From Anthoceros angustus (Eukaryota; Plantae; Anthocerotophyta): a stretch of 64,000 nt of DNA. Of this stretch, positions 13,501 through 26,269 are shown one piece after another. Both the position numbers and the translations under genes were made by a program. The DNA lies in the NCBI GenBank assembly GCA_010909165.1, contig VJWM01000108.1, positions 806,001 through 870,000 on the forward strand. The letters run 5' to 3'. The notes below the pieces were generated by a model, which had not been told where the DNA came from, ran no database searches, and saw nothing but the letters and a program-made list of their open reading frames with translations. Numbering within the stretch: the stretch's first letter is position 1; each line of letters opens with the position of its first letter.

Positions 13501-13983
13501 CTCATGGCCACTGCCTACGCAGATGCAGGTAGGTGGACTGATGTAGACAGGATTGAAAGACAAAGAATGGTAGCAGGAGCTAATAAGAAACCTGCAGTGG
13601 CGACCATTGAGGTGAATACGCAGGTACATAGATTTCTGGTGGGAGAAAGAGAGGATATTGCGGTAAGGTAGAGAGCACAAATGCACGTCTGAAGCAGGAA
13701 GGAGGCCATGTACCTCACACAAAGTTGGTGTTGAAGCCACTGAGTGAGAAGGAAAAGGAAGATGCGCTTTGTGGGCATGCTGAGAAGCTAGCTCTGGCGT
13801 TTGGTCTCTTGAACACTCCGAGTGGGACACCTCTGGTGGTAACGAAGAATCTACGCATGTGCAGTGACTGCCACAGTTCCACGGAGATCATGTCAAGGCT
13901 TGAACAGAGACATTGTTGTGAGGGATGGGTACCGTGTGCATCGATTCGCCAATGGTTGTTGCACCTGTAAGGGTCGACCATGA
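10564..13983 (+). pseudogene. PDF/PLS-PPR/DYW:KP locus D with 5 near-identical PLS triplets (frameshifted in this sequence)
   Basis: Leader at 10564, PDF motif at 10780-10898, P1 motifs at ~11620, 11905, 12208, 12505 and 12805, and an end of CTCKGRP* at 13983. Confidence 0.9.
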
Positions 13984-14766
13984 GTATAAAAAACAACTCG
14001 CCAGTGCTCAAGTGTGAACGCCAGAGAACATTGCGTTTTTCCTTTGGGGCGAATGTGCTTGCTAAAGTGCACACCGCTGTCCAAACTGAGACATGGATAT
14101 GAATGACCCTTAGCAAATTCCTAAATGAAAATCAATAAAAAGCTGGCTGGGAACCTGCAAACGAGAGAAGGACGCATGGAGGATGACTTCCTTGAAGTGT
14201 CCAAGCAGTCTGATGCTGAAGCCTCTAGCCCTTTTCTTCTAGGTCGTGAGCCCTTGAAGTAGGGCCCGAATAGTGAGGGTCCTGATTAGAATGGAATGCA
14301 GACAATGGCCATAATCCAGCCGCATGTAGGCACTCCCTTGCTCCTCGATGCTGTCCAGGTTGGTAGTTTCGCCCACCGCCTCAGGAATTACTGCCCTCAG
14401 CCTCTGCTGGAGCTGGTGGTTACCCGCACTACTCGGGACCCCACACTCAAGCTTACAGATGTGCTGGATCCTTGGCATCAGCGTCCCAGTCGCATCATGT
14501 GTTGTTTTTCCTAGGTACGTGGTGAAAAATCGTGCATTAGGGTAGTGTGGTCTTACATACGTAGGCATCCGGCCATAGTCTATCACTAGCCTCAACTTCC
14601 GACAGCGCGGTCCTTGAACGCTGGTTGTTAGCCTCAAGTTCGTGTTGTTAGCCTGACCTTCCGACAGCGGTCCTGGAACGCTGGTTGTCAGCCTCAAGTG
14701 CCGACAGCGGTCCTTGACGATGGTCACAGTATGGCAACCGGACCCGTTCTGGACCCAACAAATCGG

Positions 14767-15349
14767 TGTAGACCTGAATACACCATTCTTCTAGGATTCT
14801 ACCCTCTAGCCCAAAGTCTCGCTTAAATTTGTTTTTTTTTTTCGTGCAAATGTACTATTTAACCCAGAAATACCAGCCAAGTAACACCCCGTTTTCAAGG
14901 AGGTGGGGCAGTCAAGCAGTTAGTGACAAAAACATCACCAAACACCAGCACTAGGCTCCAAGTAGCCGCCGTCCATCCACGGAAGACTCGCGATCAGCAC
15001 GTTAGACTACGGCTGATTTATTCCAGCAAGAGTCAACAGGAATACATGAGACAAGAGCTCCCAATCTTTGCCTGAGCTAGGAGCTTAGCTCTCTCCCCTC
15101 GATCTCCTCCTCAACAGCTCTCCTCTAGCACGCTCACACTCTAGGCTCCCAAGGCCTCTAGGCACCAAAGTCCTATCCTCACAAGAGTGTAGCTCCCAAG
15201 TGCTAGGATCCTTCTAGACATGCTCACACTCCACGCTCTCAAGGCCTTTAGGCTCCAAAGTCCTATCCTCCAGAGTGTAGCTCCCCATGCTAGGATCACA
15301 AGATGCTCCTCTAAGGCTAGCCTCATCTCCTTTAATAGGGTGGCTTACA
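14767..15349 (-). mobile_element. Solo-LTR-like element
   Basis: The minus strand begins TGTAAG and ends TCTACA, with a TATTAAA and an AATAAA-like signal. It shares a 30-bp block (cagcactagg.tccaagtagcccgccgtcca) with the element at 37045. No TSD, PBS or PPT was found. Confidence 0.55.
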
Positions 15350-15825
15350 ACATTTCCAAAGTAACTGGTTAAAACAGACTTTCTTCCTTAAGCCTTAAGC
15401 TAAGTCTTACCACCACTACTTACAACTTACTAACTAGATCCAGGGCTGCATGTTTCTCATGCAAGGCTTCTTACTAGCCCACTAAAATTGAGTGTTTGGA
15501 ACCTTCTTATAATATTTGAAAAATAATGACTGAATCATTTTTCAGGCATATAGTGGTGTTTTGTACCTCCATTAGAATTCATTTAATAGATAATTAAAAA
15601 TGAATATTCTAATTTATATATGTAATACCAAATCTACTTGAATCTCTTCTTCAATCCTTCAATCCAAACAAAACTCAAAGGCTGTTTGTTGATATTCTAA
15701 CCATAGCTTCATTTGTCCACTGTGTTTGCCCATATAGTGCGAGTTTTGGGAAATTGATCGGTATTTGCATTCCGTGTGATTTAGAGGACCCAAGGACCTT
15801 ACATCGGAGATCATATATCAAGCGC

Positions 15826-16920
15826 CCTTGACGATGGTCACAGTATGGCAACCGGACCCGTTCTGGACCCAACAAATCGGTGTAGACCTGAATACACCAT
15901 TCTTCTAGGATTCTACCCTCTAGCCCAAAGTCTCGCTTAAATTTGTTTTTTTCGTGCAAATGTACTATTTAACAGCCAAGTAACACCCGTTTTCAAGGAG
16001 GTGGGGCAGTCAAGTTAGTGACAAAACATCACCAAACACCAGCACTAGGCCTCCAAGTAGCCCGCCGTCCATCCACGGGAAGACTCGCAGTCAGCACGTT
16101 AGACTCGCAGACTGCTGTTTATTCCAGCAAGAGTCAACAGGAATACATGAGACAAGAGCTCCCAATCTTTGCCTGAGCTAGGAGCTTAGCTCTCTCCCCT
16201 CGATCTCCTCCTCAACAGCTCTCCTCTAGCACGCTCACACTCTAGGCTCCCAAGGCCTCTAGGCACCAAAGTCCTATCCTCACAAGAGTGTAGCTCCCAA
16301 GTGCTAGGATCCTAGACATGCTCACACTCCACGCTCTCAAGGCCTTTAGGCTCCAAAGTCCTATCCTCCAGAGTGTAGCTCCCCATGCTAGGATCACAAG
16401 ATGCTCCTCTAAGGCTAGCCTCATCTCCTTTAATAGGGTGGCTTACAACATTTCCAAAGTAACTGGTTAAAACAGACTTTCTTCCTTAAGCTAAGTCTTA
16501 CCACTACTTACAACTTACTAACTAGATCCAGGGCTGCATGTTTCTCATGCAAGGCTTCTTACTAGCCCACTAAAATTGAGTGTTTGGAACCTTCTTATAA
16601 TATTTGAAAAATAATGACTGAATCATTTTTCAGGCATATAGTGGTGTTTTGTACCTCCATTAGAATTCATTTAATAGATAATTAAAAATGAATATTCTAA
16701 TTTATATATGTAATACCAAATCTACTTGAATCTCTTCTTCAATCCTTCAATCCAAACAAAACTCAAAGGCTGTTTGTTGATATTCTAACCATAGCTTCAT
16801 TTGTCCCTGGTGTGTTTGCCCATATAGTGCAGAGTTTTGGGAAATTGATCGGGTATTTGCATTCCGTGTGATTTAGAGGACCCCGAAGGACCTTACATCG
16901 GAGATCATATATCAAGCGCC
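15826..16920. repeat. ~1.1-kb tandem duplicate of 14715-15830, including a third LTR-like copy at 15881-16447
   Basis: Direct near-identity; the junction lies at the 9-bp microhomology ccttgacga. Confidence 0.85.
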
Positions 16921-17358
16921 CTTGACGACCTTCAAAACCTTACAATAGCAGCGCTTTTTGAAGGTGAGACAACAAAGATTATATGTTAAGCGGCCTCGAA
17001 GGGCTTCAGGACAGAAGCATGTCACCAAGGGCTTGAGTAATCGGGGGTGGGAGGTACCCCATCCCATTGGTGACCGGGGGCACGGTACCCATGGAACTAA
17101 CGAAGACATGTATGGAGCAGCACCTGTTGGATCCCACGGTCCATGGATTTGATTATGGGAAAGCTTCATATAGAAAAAATGATTAATAGTAATTAAATGG
17201 ATCAGCTTTGAGCCAAATCTTATAGTTTTTAGGCTTTAGAATTTGCCTAGATTTTCACAAAAAATAGGTTTTTTGAAGGAAAAAAAATTGAATGAAAACC
17301 AATTAAAACTTACCAACCTATCCACATAGGCTTTCATCACAATTCCGTCCATTTTCAA

Positions 17359-17480
17359 ATTCCAATCAGATTTCAAGGTGTCAAAGCTGGTTCAAAAAAT
17401 ATTCCAATCAGATTTCACGGTGTCAAAGCTAGTTCGAAAAGTGTTCCAATCGGGTTTCAAGGTGTGAAAACTAGTTCCAA
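17359..17480. repeat. 42-bp tandem repeat, ~3 copies
   Basis: attccaatcagatttca.ggtgtcaaagct.gttc starts at 17359, 17401 and 17443. Confidence 0.8.
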
Positions 17481-17639
17481 AGCAGTCCAAAGCTCAGTCC
17501 GTGTGGGTCTACTGTCGACTCGCAAACAACTTGCATTCGCTTGCTGTTTCGGCCACCGTTTTGGATGCGTTGGAATCGCATAGAATATATAATGACAACC
17601 ATCGGACCAAAGGGAAGTCGGAAACGCCATACCGGCACA

Positions 17640-18000
17640 CACCTTTTAAAGGCAAGCAAAAGCAACAAGGTCAGCCAAAATGAGGCCTCCTGCTCCATCC
17701 GTCCAGACACGACACGGGCGTCATACCCAGCCACCAGGGCATTCCATGTCACCACATTTTTCGTGTTCACACAGTAAAAATCTGGCCTGGCGTACATCTT
17801 CCACTTCCACCACATTTACATACCCAGATATCAGGGCATTCCACATCACCACATCCTTCGTGGCCATGCTGTCGAAGACCTGGAGCGCATCTCTCAGCAG
17901 TTTGCCACATTTTGCATTCATGTCCACCAGGCAGTCGCCAACAAACAAGTCAGGAGGAATGCAGTGCACTTTTCTGCCAGATTCCAAGTCGGCGGCAAAG
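17640..18000 (-). pseudogene. PPR (L-S-P) fragment fused to the 3' flank of locus E
   Basis: DLESGRKVH…DCLVDMNAKCG…DVVMWNALISGY. Confidence 0.8.
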
Positions 18001-18124
18001 GATCAGTGTTTTGCCATCCATATCCATGTCTCTGTTTGGCAGGGGTGGAGTTAAGCCAGCACATTCACCCGAAAGCAATATTCTCTGGCTCACACACATG
18101 AGCACTGGCTACTGCTTCATTATT

Positions 18125-20002
18125 TCACGGTCGACCCCTACAACTGCAACAACCATTTGCGAATCGATGCACACGGTACCCATCCCTCACAACAATGTCT
18201 CTCTGTTCAAGCCTTGACATGATCTCCGTGGAACTGTGGCAGTCACTGCACATGTGTAGATTCTTTGTCATGTCACAGAGGAGTCCCACTGGGAGTGTTC
18301 AAGAGATCAAACGCCAGAGCTAACTTCTCAGCATGCCCACATAGCGCATCTTCCTTTTCCGTCTCACACAGTGGCTTCAACACCAAATTTGTGTGAGGTA
18401 CGCGGCCTACTTCCTGCTTCAGACGTGCATTCGTGCTCTCTAACCTTCAGCGAAATATGCTCTCTGTTTTCACCCACCGGAAATGTATGCACCTTCCTGC
18501 TCACCTCAATCGTTGCCGCTGCAAGTTTCTTGTTAGCTCCTGCTATCCTTCTGCGTGTTTCAATCCTGTCTACATCGGTCCACCTACATCTCCAAAGGCA
18601 TTGGCCATGAGCACATATGCGGGCACATCTTGGGGATCCAGCGTAACAATGCTTTCATAACACCACATTGCCCTTTCTACATTCCCGTGACTTTTGCAGG
18701 CATTCAGCAAAGACCTCAAGCCCACAACGTTACTTTGGCCCTCACATGATAATAGCATCCTCTCTGCCTCGTCCAAGTGGCCTGCACGCCAAAAAAGATC
18801 AATGATGCAAATGTAATGCTCAACTAAAGGGTCAAAGCCATCCTGTTCAGCCATGGAATCAAAGTGCTTGCGACCCTCGTCCACCAGTCCCTCATGAGTG
18901 CACGCTACTAAAAGGCAAGTAATAGTAGCATCATTAGGATGAATACCGGCGACTAACATCTTGTGCCTTCCGACCTTCAACGCAAGCACCATACCCAGAT
19001 ATCAGGGTCGTCCATGTCACCACATCCTTTTTGGCCAAGCTTTCAAAAACCTGGCGTGCATCTTCCAGTTGGCCACATTTTGCATACATGTCCACCAGGC
19101 CGGTGCCATCAAACAAGTCAGGAGGAATGCCACTGTGCAATACATCACAGTGCACTTTCCTGCCAGATTCCAAGTCCACGGCAAATGCACAAGCTTGAAG
19201 GGCAGCGACATAGACGTGACCATTCGCCTTCACTCCTGACCTACGCATCTCATGGTACAGTTGGATGGCCTCATTAGGTTTCCCGTCCTTGGCATGTGCA
19301 GAGATTAGGGTAAACCACATGAAGCCATCTGGTGTGCCCACCCTGGTGAACACATCCACGGCCTCCTGCAGACTACCTCCACATGCGCAAAATATGGTTC
19401 CCCGAGTACGCATCCGACTCGTACCCAAGTTTGACAGTCAGGTCATGAATTCGTCGCCTCAAAACCAGATCCTTCTCATCGCCACACAGTTTTAGTACAG
19501 CGTAGAACAGAGACTGAGAAATAGCACAGTGTGTCTCCGCCAGAGATTCCAGGGCTCCAACGGCCTCAGAAAGCTTCCCCTGTTGACATACGGTGCGCAC
19601 GGTTGAAGCCGTTCCAACGTCCATTTCCGATCCTGCAGGCCTGCCAGATTCAGGCTTATCCGGAGAGCCAGCTAGACTTTGGAAGAAGAAGCACCAAGAG
19701 CCAGCTGCATATCCAAGGAAACGAGCAGCTACGGGAGCTCTCCTGTATCTTGTCTGTTGTCCCACCACATGGTAGGGTCCAAAAACCCTAAACCCTCCTG
19801 CTCCTGGCAATGTGCATCGCTGGAAACCCCGTCCCCACGCGCACATTTCATCACAAAGTGAAAGTGCTGGACCTGGAGGCTCGGTCGTTAGCCAGGGGTC
19901 GAGTCCCTGTCAATTGAGCGAGAGCTCCTGGTGGAACCCCTGTACACGTACCAATTTGTTGAGAGGACTCCAGCACGGATGGGGATGCCATACTGCGGTC
20001 AT
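18125..20002 (-). pseudogene. Short PLS-PPR/DYW:KP locus E with a partly deleted PDF motif
   Basis: The leader ATG is at 20002. WWDNR is retained but SPDF…LWL is deleted. Only the N-terminal triplet and P2L2S2 are present, and the DYW ends CSCRGRP* at 18125. Confidence 0.85.
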
Positions 20003-20940
20003 CGTTCAGGGGAGGAAAAATGTATTGGACAAACAGGTATGATTCAGTAGGGTCCATGGATTGTGGAGTCCTCGGAGGGCAGACAGAAAGCGGCAGTTGA
20101 GTGTGCACCGATCGATCGTCTTGCATAGCCGACATATGTATGTTGACGGTTTCAAGAGTCCAGCATGCATACATAAATTTGTTGTCGCCATGCTGAGGCT
20201 GAGGCTGAGGCTGAGGCGGTGACAGGTAGCAGCCGGTGACCGTAAACCCTGAGATGATGTGTACCAGCCGGTAGACAGTAAACCCTGATGACGTGACCCA
20301 GCAAGCATCCTGCGCTCGCACGCCATATATATCAGGCCATCAGGAAAAAATAGCCCGGTCTACCAGGGCAGCAGATTTCCCGATGCGAACAACCAGCCTG
20401 ATGGCCTGATGGCCTCACGGGCCGATGTCGTCGTGCTCCAGCGTATGTACCTACATAAGTACCTAGTTTGTATTAGGGAAACTTTATTACCTTGCACGGT
20501 GAAAAAAATGGCCTACATAATAGGACTAACATGTACCAAAGTGCGCTAAATAACCGGAATACCTAGGTACCGTCCTCCGGGAGTATCGAGCGCCTGAGAC
20601 ATACATGCACCTGCTATGATCTTCATATTACTCGGCAGCAGATGTCACGCCACACCTGCCCCACCAAGGGAGGGAGGGCAGATCCAGCCTTCACCAAGTA
20701 GCTGAAACGCACGTATCCTATCGCTAAACCATCCAAGCCATACAAGCCACCGATGGTTATGCACAAATTACTCAAATCACCCACTGTAATTATTGCGAGC
20801 TCGTGTTATCATCGCCGCTATCCCCTGCTGATGCGCAGAGCTCATATGTTGTTGGTGGTCAGGGTTGAGGTTTCGGGTGTAGGCATTCAACGCAGCCAGC
20901 ATTCCGAGATGACCCTCACCTGCCAGTCCCAACCCAGCCC

Positions 20941-22311
20941 CAGAAAGCTTCCCTGTTGACATACGGTGCGCACGGTTGAAGCCGTTCCAACGTCCATTTC
21001 CGATCCTGCAGGCCTGCCAGATTCAGGCTTATCCGGAGAGCCAGCTAGACTTTGGAAGAAGAAGCACCAAGAGCCAGCTGCATATCCAAGGAAACGAGCA
21101 GCTACGGGAGCTCTCCTGTATCTTGTCTGTTGTCCCACCACATGGTAGGGTCCAAAACCCTAAACCCTCCTGCTCCTGGCAATGTGCATCGCTGGAAACC
21201 CCGTCCCCACGCGCACATTTCATCACAAAGTGAAAGTGCTGGACCTGGAGGCTCGGTCGTTAGCCAGGGTCGAGTCCCTGTCAATTGAGCGAGAGCTCCT
21301 GGTGGAACCCCTGTACACGTACCAATTTGTTGAGAGGACTCCAGCACGGATGGGGATGCCATACTGCGGTCATCGTTCAGGGAGGAAAATGTATTGGACA
21401 AACAGGTATGATTCAGTAGGGTCCATGGATTGTGGAGTCCTCGGAGGGCAGACAGAAAGCGGCAGTTGAGTGTGCACCGATCGATCGTCTTGCATAGCCG
21501 ACATATGTATGTTGACGGTTTCAAGAGTCCAGCATGCATACATAAATTTGTTGTCGCCATGCTGAGGCTGAGGCTGAGGCTGAGGCGGTGACAGGTAGCA
21601 GCCGGTGACCGTAAACCCTGAGATGATGTGTACCAGCCGGTAGACAGTAAACCCTGATGACGTGACCCAGCAAGCATCCTGCGCTCGCACGCCATATATA
21701 TCAGGCCATCAGGAAAAAAATAGCCCGGTCTACCAGGGCAGCAGATTTCCCGATGCGAACAACCAGCCTGATGGCCTGATGGCCTCACGGGCCGATGTCG
21801 TCGTGCTCCAGCGTATGTACCTACATAAGTACCTAGTTTGTATTAGGGAAACTTTATTACCTTGCACGGTGAAAAAAATGGCCTACATAATAGGACTAAC
21901 ATGTACCAAAGTGCGCTAAATAACCGGAATACCTAGGTACCGTCCTCCGGGAGTATCGAGCGCCTGAGACATACATGCACCTGCTATGATCTTCATATTA
22001 CTCGGCAGCAGATGTCACGCCACACCTGCCCCACCAAGGGAGGGAGGGCAGATCCAGCCTTCACCAAGTAGCTGAAACGCACGTATCCTATCGCTAAACC
22101 ATCCAAGCCATACAAGCCACCGATGGTTATGCACAAATTACTCAAATCACCCACTGTAATTATTGCGAGCTCGTGTTATCATCGCCGCTATCCCCCTGCT
22201 GATGCGCAGAGCTCATATGTTGTTGGTGGTCGGGGTTGAGGTTTCGGGTGTAGGCATTCAACGCAGCCAGCATTCCGAGATGACCCTCACCTGCCAGTCC
22301 CAACCCAGCCC
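20941..22311. repeat. 1.37-kb tandem duplication (copy of 19567-20940) joining the locus E leader to the TCP 3' end
   Basis: The two copies are near-identical; the junction lies at the microhomology c.gaaagct. Confidence 0.9.
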
Positions 22312-23899
22312 CGGAAAGCTGCTGGGAACCCTGTTGTAGCAGCATGTTGCCGAGGGGATGGTGACCTTGGTGTCCACCTTGTAGCTCCAGGCCCGAAGTC
22401 CCGGAAATGCTGATTCTGGGCACTCCACTGGGCAACGCTGTCAAGGGCATCATCAGGTTAGTGGGTGAATTCAGATTTGACTGCCCGCTCCCGCCAGACC
22501 CCAGCTGAATCTGTGTCCCAGCCGGAGCTGCCACTCTGTACATGGTGCCGCCAGAGGCTCCTGAGGGGTAAGCCGTCCACAGTTGCTGCTCCGAGGGGCC
22601 GGACATAACGGCCGGTGTGTTGGAACTGGCACTCACAGGCAGCATCCAAATGGTTCCAGGCATGGATCCGCTGCTCGCAGGACCCATCGCCCACATGGCA
22701 GACATGATGCCTGTAGAGCCCGGCTGCGATATCCCGCCGGGAACTCCAGGCCTGGCCTGCGACCGGACGGGTCGGACAGGCTCCGGATCGTCTTTGAGAC
22801 GCGTCAGCGGGCCGCCGCCCCTGTGTCGTTTCTTGAACCTGTTGTCGGACGACTCTCCGAGCCCTAACGCTTCTCCAGCATCGGAGCTAATTAAGCCTTC
22901 GTGCTGGAACATCACTTCATGGGGGCTAAGTCCAGAGTCCCCGTGACTGATTGCGGCAATCCTCCTGCTCGCCTCCAAGGCCCGGTTCACCTCCAGTACG
23001 CGGTCCTGCACATCGGAGTCCCACTCGCCTCGTCGTACATGCTCCTGCATCCGGTCAGCGTCCGAAGGTCCAATTCCTCCTATCCCCATGCCTGAATGGA
23101 GCGTAGCGTGACGGGCGGACCCAGCCGACATGCTGGCCTGCTGGCTCATGCGGCCTTGCATGGATGTACTACTCAAAGCCGGCACCGTGCCCGTTCCAGT
23201 GGCAGCAATAATGGCTGGCTCGGCCTGCTGTAGCAACCACTCGATTGTTTCGCCGTCGGACTTGTGACCCAGCTCTCTGGTAAGCTGGAAAATCCTGGCT
23301 GCACAGGTGGCCGGCATTCGAATGCGCCGACCCCTTCCATCCACTTTGGTGTGCCTATCCTTGGTGGAAGATCTCTTGGGTGCAGGCTTCTTAGGAGGGG
23401 TTTGACCCTGATCCTGAGGACCCTGGACTCCTCCACCGCCTGCTGCTCCACTCGATATTTCTTGCTGATTACCCCGAGACATGGAAAGTCCTCCCAAGCC
23501 AGACATGCCTCCACCGGACTGTTCCTGTGAGTACTCCTGCCCGATGTTAGGCATCCCTAGAGGTGGGTCACCTGCACCGCCCATGGCTGCCATTGCCTGC
23601 GCAAGAGTACCCCCCGAGATATGAGGCCCTGGACTCTGCTGCTGTTGTTGTTGTTGATGTTGGAGCGAATGTTGGTGAGAGTGGAGTTGCTGGTGCTGTT
23701 GCTGTTGCTGCTGATGTTGCTGGTCTAATATTGCCGAATTCGATGGAGCTCCATACCCCGACAGAGCCCTCGACTGGGATTCTTGCTGCTGTGGATGATA
23801 CTGCTGTGCCAACTGCGTTGCCAACCCACTCTCTGAACTGCGGTCACCTGACTCTCGCTGTGCATCTGCTTTGCTTAAGCCATGACCACCTGACTCCAT
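22160..23899 (-). CDS. TCP: Class I TCP transcription factor (579 aa, intronless)
   Basis: [62 protein letters not shown] is the class I TCP domain. Poly-Q tracts are also present. Confidence 0.95.
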   Translation of the reverse strand: MESGGHGLSKADAQRESGDRSSESGLATQLAQQYHPQQQESQSRALSGYGAPSNSAILDQQHQQQQQQHQQLHSHQHSLQHQQQQQQQSPGPHISGGTLAQAMAAMGGAGDPPLGMPNIGQEYSQEQSGGGMSGLGGLSMSRGNQQEISSGAAGGGGVQGPQDQGQTPPKKPAPKRSSTKDRHTKVDGRGRRIRMPATCAARIFQLTRELGHKSDGETIEWLLQQAEPAIIAATGTGTVPALSSTSMQGRMSQQASMSAGSARHATLHSGMGIGGIGPSDADRMQEHVRRGEWDSDVQDRVLEVNRALEASRRIAAISHGDSGLSPHEVMFQHEGLISSDAGEALGLGESSDNRFKKRHRGGGPLTRLKDDPEPVRPVRSQARPGVPGGISQPGSTGIMSAMWAMGPASSGSMPGTIWMLPVSASSNTPAVMSGPSEQQLWTAYPSGASGGTMYRVAAPAGTQIQLGSGGSGQSNLNSPTNLMMPLTALPSGVPRISISGTSGLELQGGHQGHHPLGNMLLQQGSQQLSGAGLGLAGEGHLGMLAALNAYTRNLNPDHQQHMSSAHQQGDSGDDNTSSQ

Positions 23900-26269
23900 G
23901 AAATTTTTTATCCCCGCCCAAGCTATGGGTAGAAGTGTCTATCCAAACAGCTTCTAGGGGAAACCGCCCAATCCCTGACTCACAGTGATACGACTGTGGT
24001 TGAGCACTGCAACAGCTGACGAAGAAAACATCCAAGAAGCACACAAATTTCAAAGTGGCTACCCTCAGAAAACCGATACAGATCGGAGGTGCTTCCTAGC
24101 CGTGCTCAGGAGAGACAGCCTGATAGTTCATAACTTGGAGCAAAACAAAGAGTACCTCTGGGGACAGGACATAGGGTGGAGATGCCAACAAAAAAAGGAG
24201 GAAACAGGAGGAGTATAGAAGGGAGTTCTGGTCAACCAGGTTGGGAAGCTACCAGGATTTTAATCTGCTCCAAGAATAGGTGGCAGAGATATTCGAGTGT
24301 TGAGACCCCGTTCGCTCGATGCCAAGACTAGTCTGAGGGTTGCATACCACGAAACAAGTAGTTAACCAGTGCGCATGGTCGGCGAATAGGCTGGCCATGC
24401 GCAAGAAATTCTGCAAGCTTGCAGTCCCCGACCCATGAGCCACGACCAGATAAGAAGAGCGGCACCCTAGCCAGTCCCCAGCTCCTGGCAGCCAACACAA
24501 ACTGACCAAACCGCATGCAGCACGCTCCAAGAGGCAGGGCAAACCTAGTCTTCACCACAATCCAGTCCGTACTGAACGCCCTGATGAAGATAGAGCTCTT
24601 CCCAACTGCGCATAGTGCCGTGAATCTTCCGCCATACATAGCTGCCTAGACACTTGTAACCACGGTCCTGACACCTGGCTATCTCGAACTGCTATCTTAA
24701 AACTACTTCTGGTGCTGATGCTGCTCTCCTAGAAGGACTCAGACCTCTCATCCTCCTCCCCACCATTCGGTCTGCAACCCTCTGCACTGCCGGCTGATTC
24801 TCCGATATATGAATGTTCCCACGCGTTCCTTCACGCCACACTCCACGGTCTTATCGTACTTCACCATTCCCACCAAAGACTGTCGACCATTATCAGCTTC
24901 CGAAGTCCCCGACTAGCTCGCCGTAAGCTGCGACACCACCATAGGGGATTGTAAGATGCGCAATGCCTCATGCATAGCCCTGTTATGCAATCGTGCATCT
25001 TCAACCATCAGGTTGCTGACATTGCAAAATGACTGACAAGGCACTGCTGACACACGCTGGGGCCGTCACCTATCAAACCGCCTCTCGCCACACAAGAAGA
25101 AGCTGGGGGCCAAAATGCTGATACCTCGGGTTGCTGAAAAGAGCGATGGTAGGATCCGCCTCCTCAGCTCCAGAGACTCAGCTTGTGGAGCGCGCTGCGC
25201 AACTCCCGCTACATCGTGACCACCATTTTGGTACCAGACTATGTAACCATGGAGGAAGTAAATAACCTAAATGCTCTCACAACAGCTCGGCCCCGCGCGC
25301 AGAATGCGGATAAGGGGACTGAGGCGAGGCCAGCCAGGAGCCCGCAATTTGATCAGGAGCGGCTTTGGGTTTGGCACACGGGACCCTGAGTACAAGCTGT
25401 AGCCCAAGTTTCCAGCCGGACATAGGGAAGATGATGGCAGACCCCGCAGAGCGTGGGAGACATGGGAGGGTCCACCATCCGCCGGCTGCCGTTGGCTTCT
25501 CTTAGGGTGGGGTGCGGGCTGAGGTGTGACACTGAACTTTCACACGCTAATCCAGGGTTAGCAGCTCCCTAGGTCATGTCAACTTGATCGGATTAGGGTT
25601 CACGACCACATACATGTACAGAAAGTACGAGTCCGGGGTCGGGGTCGGGGTCGGAACGGGAGTTGGGACGCGGAGACGGGGTGCAGGAGGGGGAACGAGG
25701 AGGGGAGGCCGCGGGGTTCGGGGTTTTTGTGGTGGTGGATGGGAGGCGCTAGAGGACGAGAGGCGGGGGAGGATCGGGCAACGGGGTGGGTTTTTCTTCA
25801 CCTAATACGTTTTTTACGTAGGTATTAGTTAAGTTTAGGGTTTTTTTTAAACTTAATAGGTACCTATTGATTCGCCCATATTAAGTAGGGTTGGAAGCAG
25901 TTGACAAAAATTGTTTTAGTCCATTACGAACGGATGAATGTCATGGGATTAAAAATATGATATGTATGTATATAGATTATGCAAAAAAAAAAAAAGAGAA
26001 CTGCTCACGCTTCCAAAGGCTTATAGGCCTCAAGGAGCTCAGTGGAATTTTGGGCAGCTAATGATGACTATGATCCCAAGGCTTCCACAAGGAAGTAATC
26101 ACTAGAATGGTAAATTGTAGAAGCTATGTACTTCTAAATAGTTTAGGGTCAGAAGCAGCTCATTGGAATTCTCGGTTCGAAGCAGCTTAGTGGAATTCTC
26201 GGCAGTTGATGATGAATATGATTATTTGGCTTTCACAGGGAAATAATCATTGGAATGATAGACTGTAGT

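Larger units (their letters stand above)
47..14765 (+). repeat. Tandem segmental duplication of ~8-9 kb (A+B+flank versus C+D+flank)
   Basis: A matches C and B matches D. The 3' flank 5121-5880 is nearly identical to 13984-14765. Confidence 0.85.
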
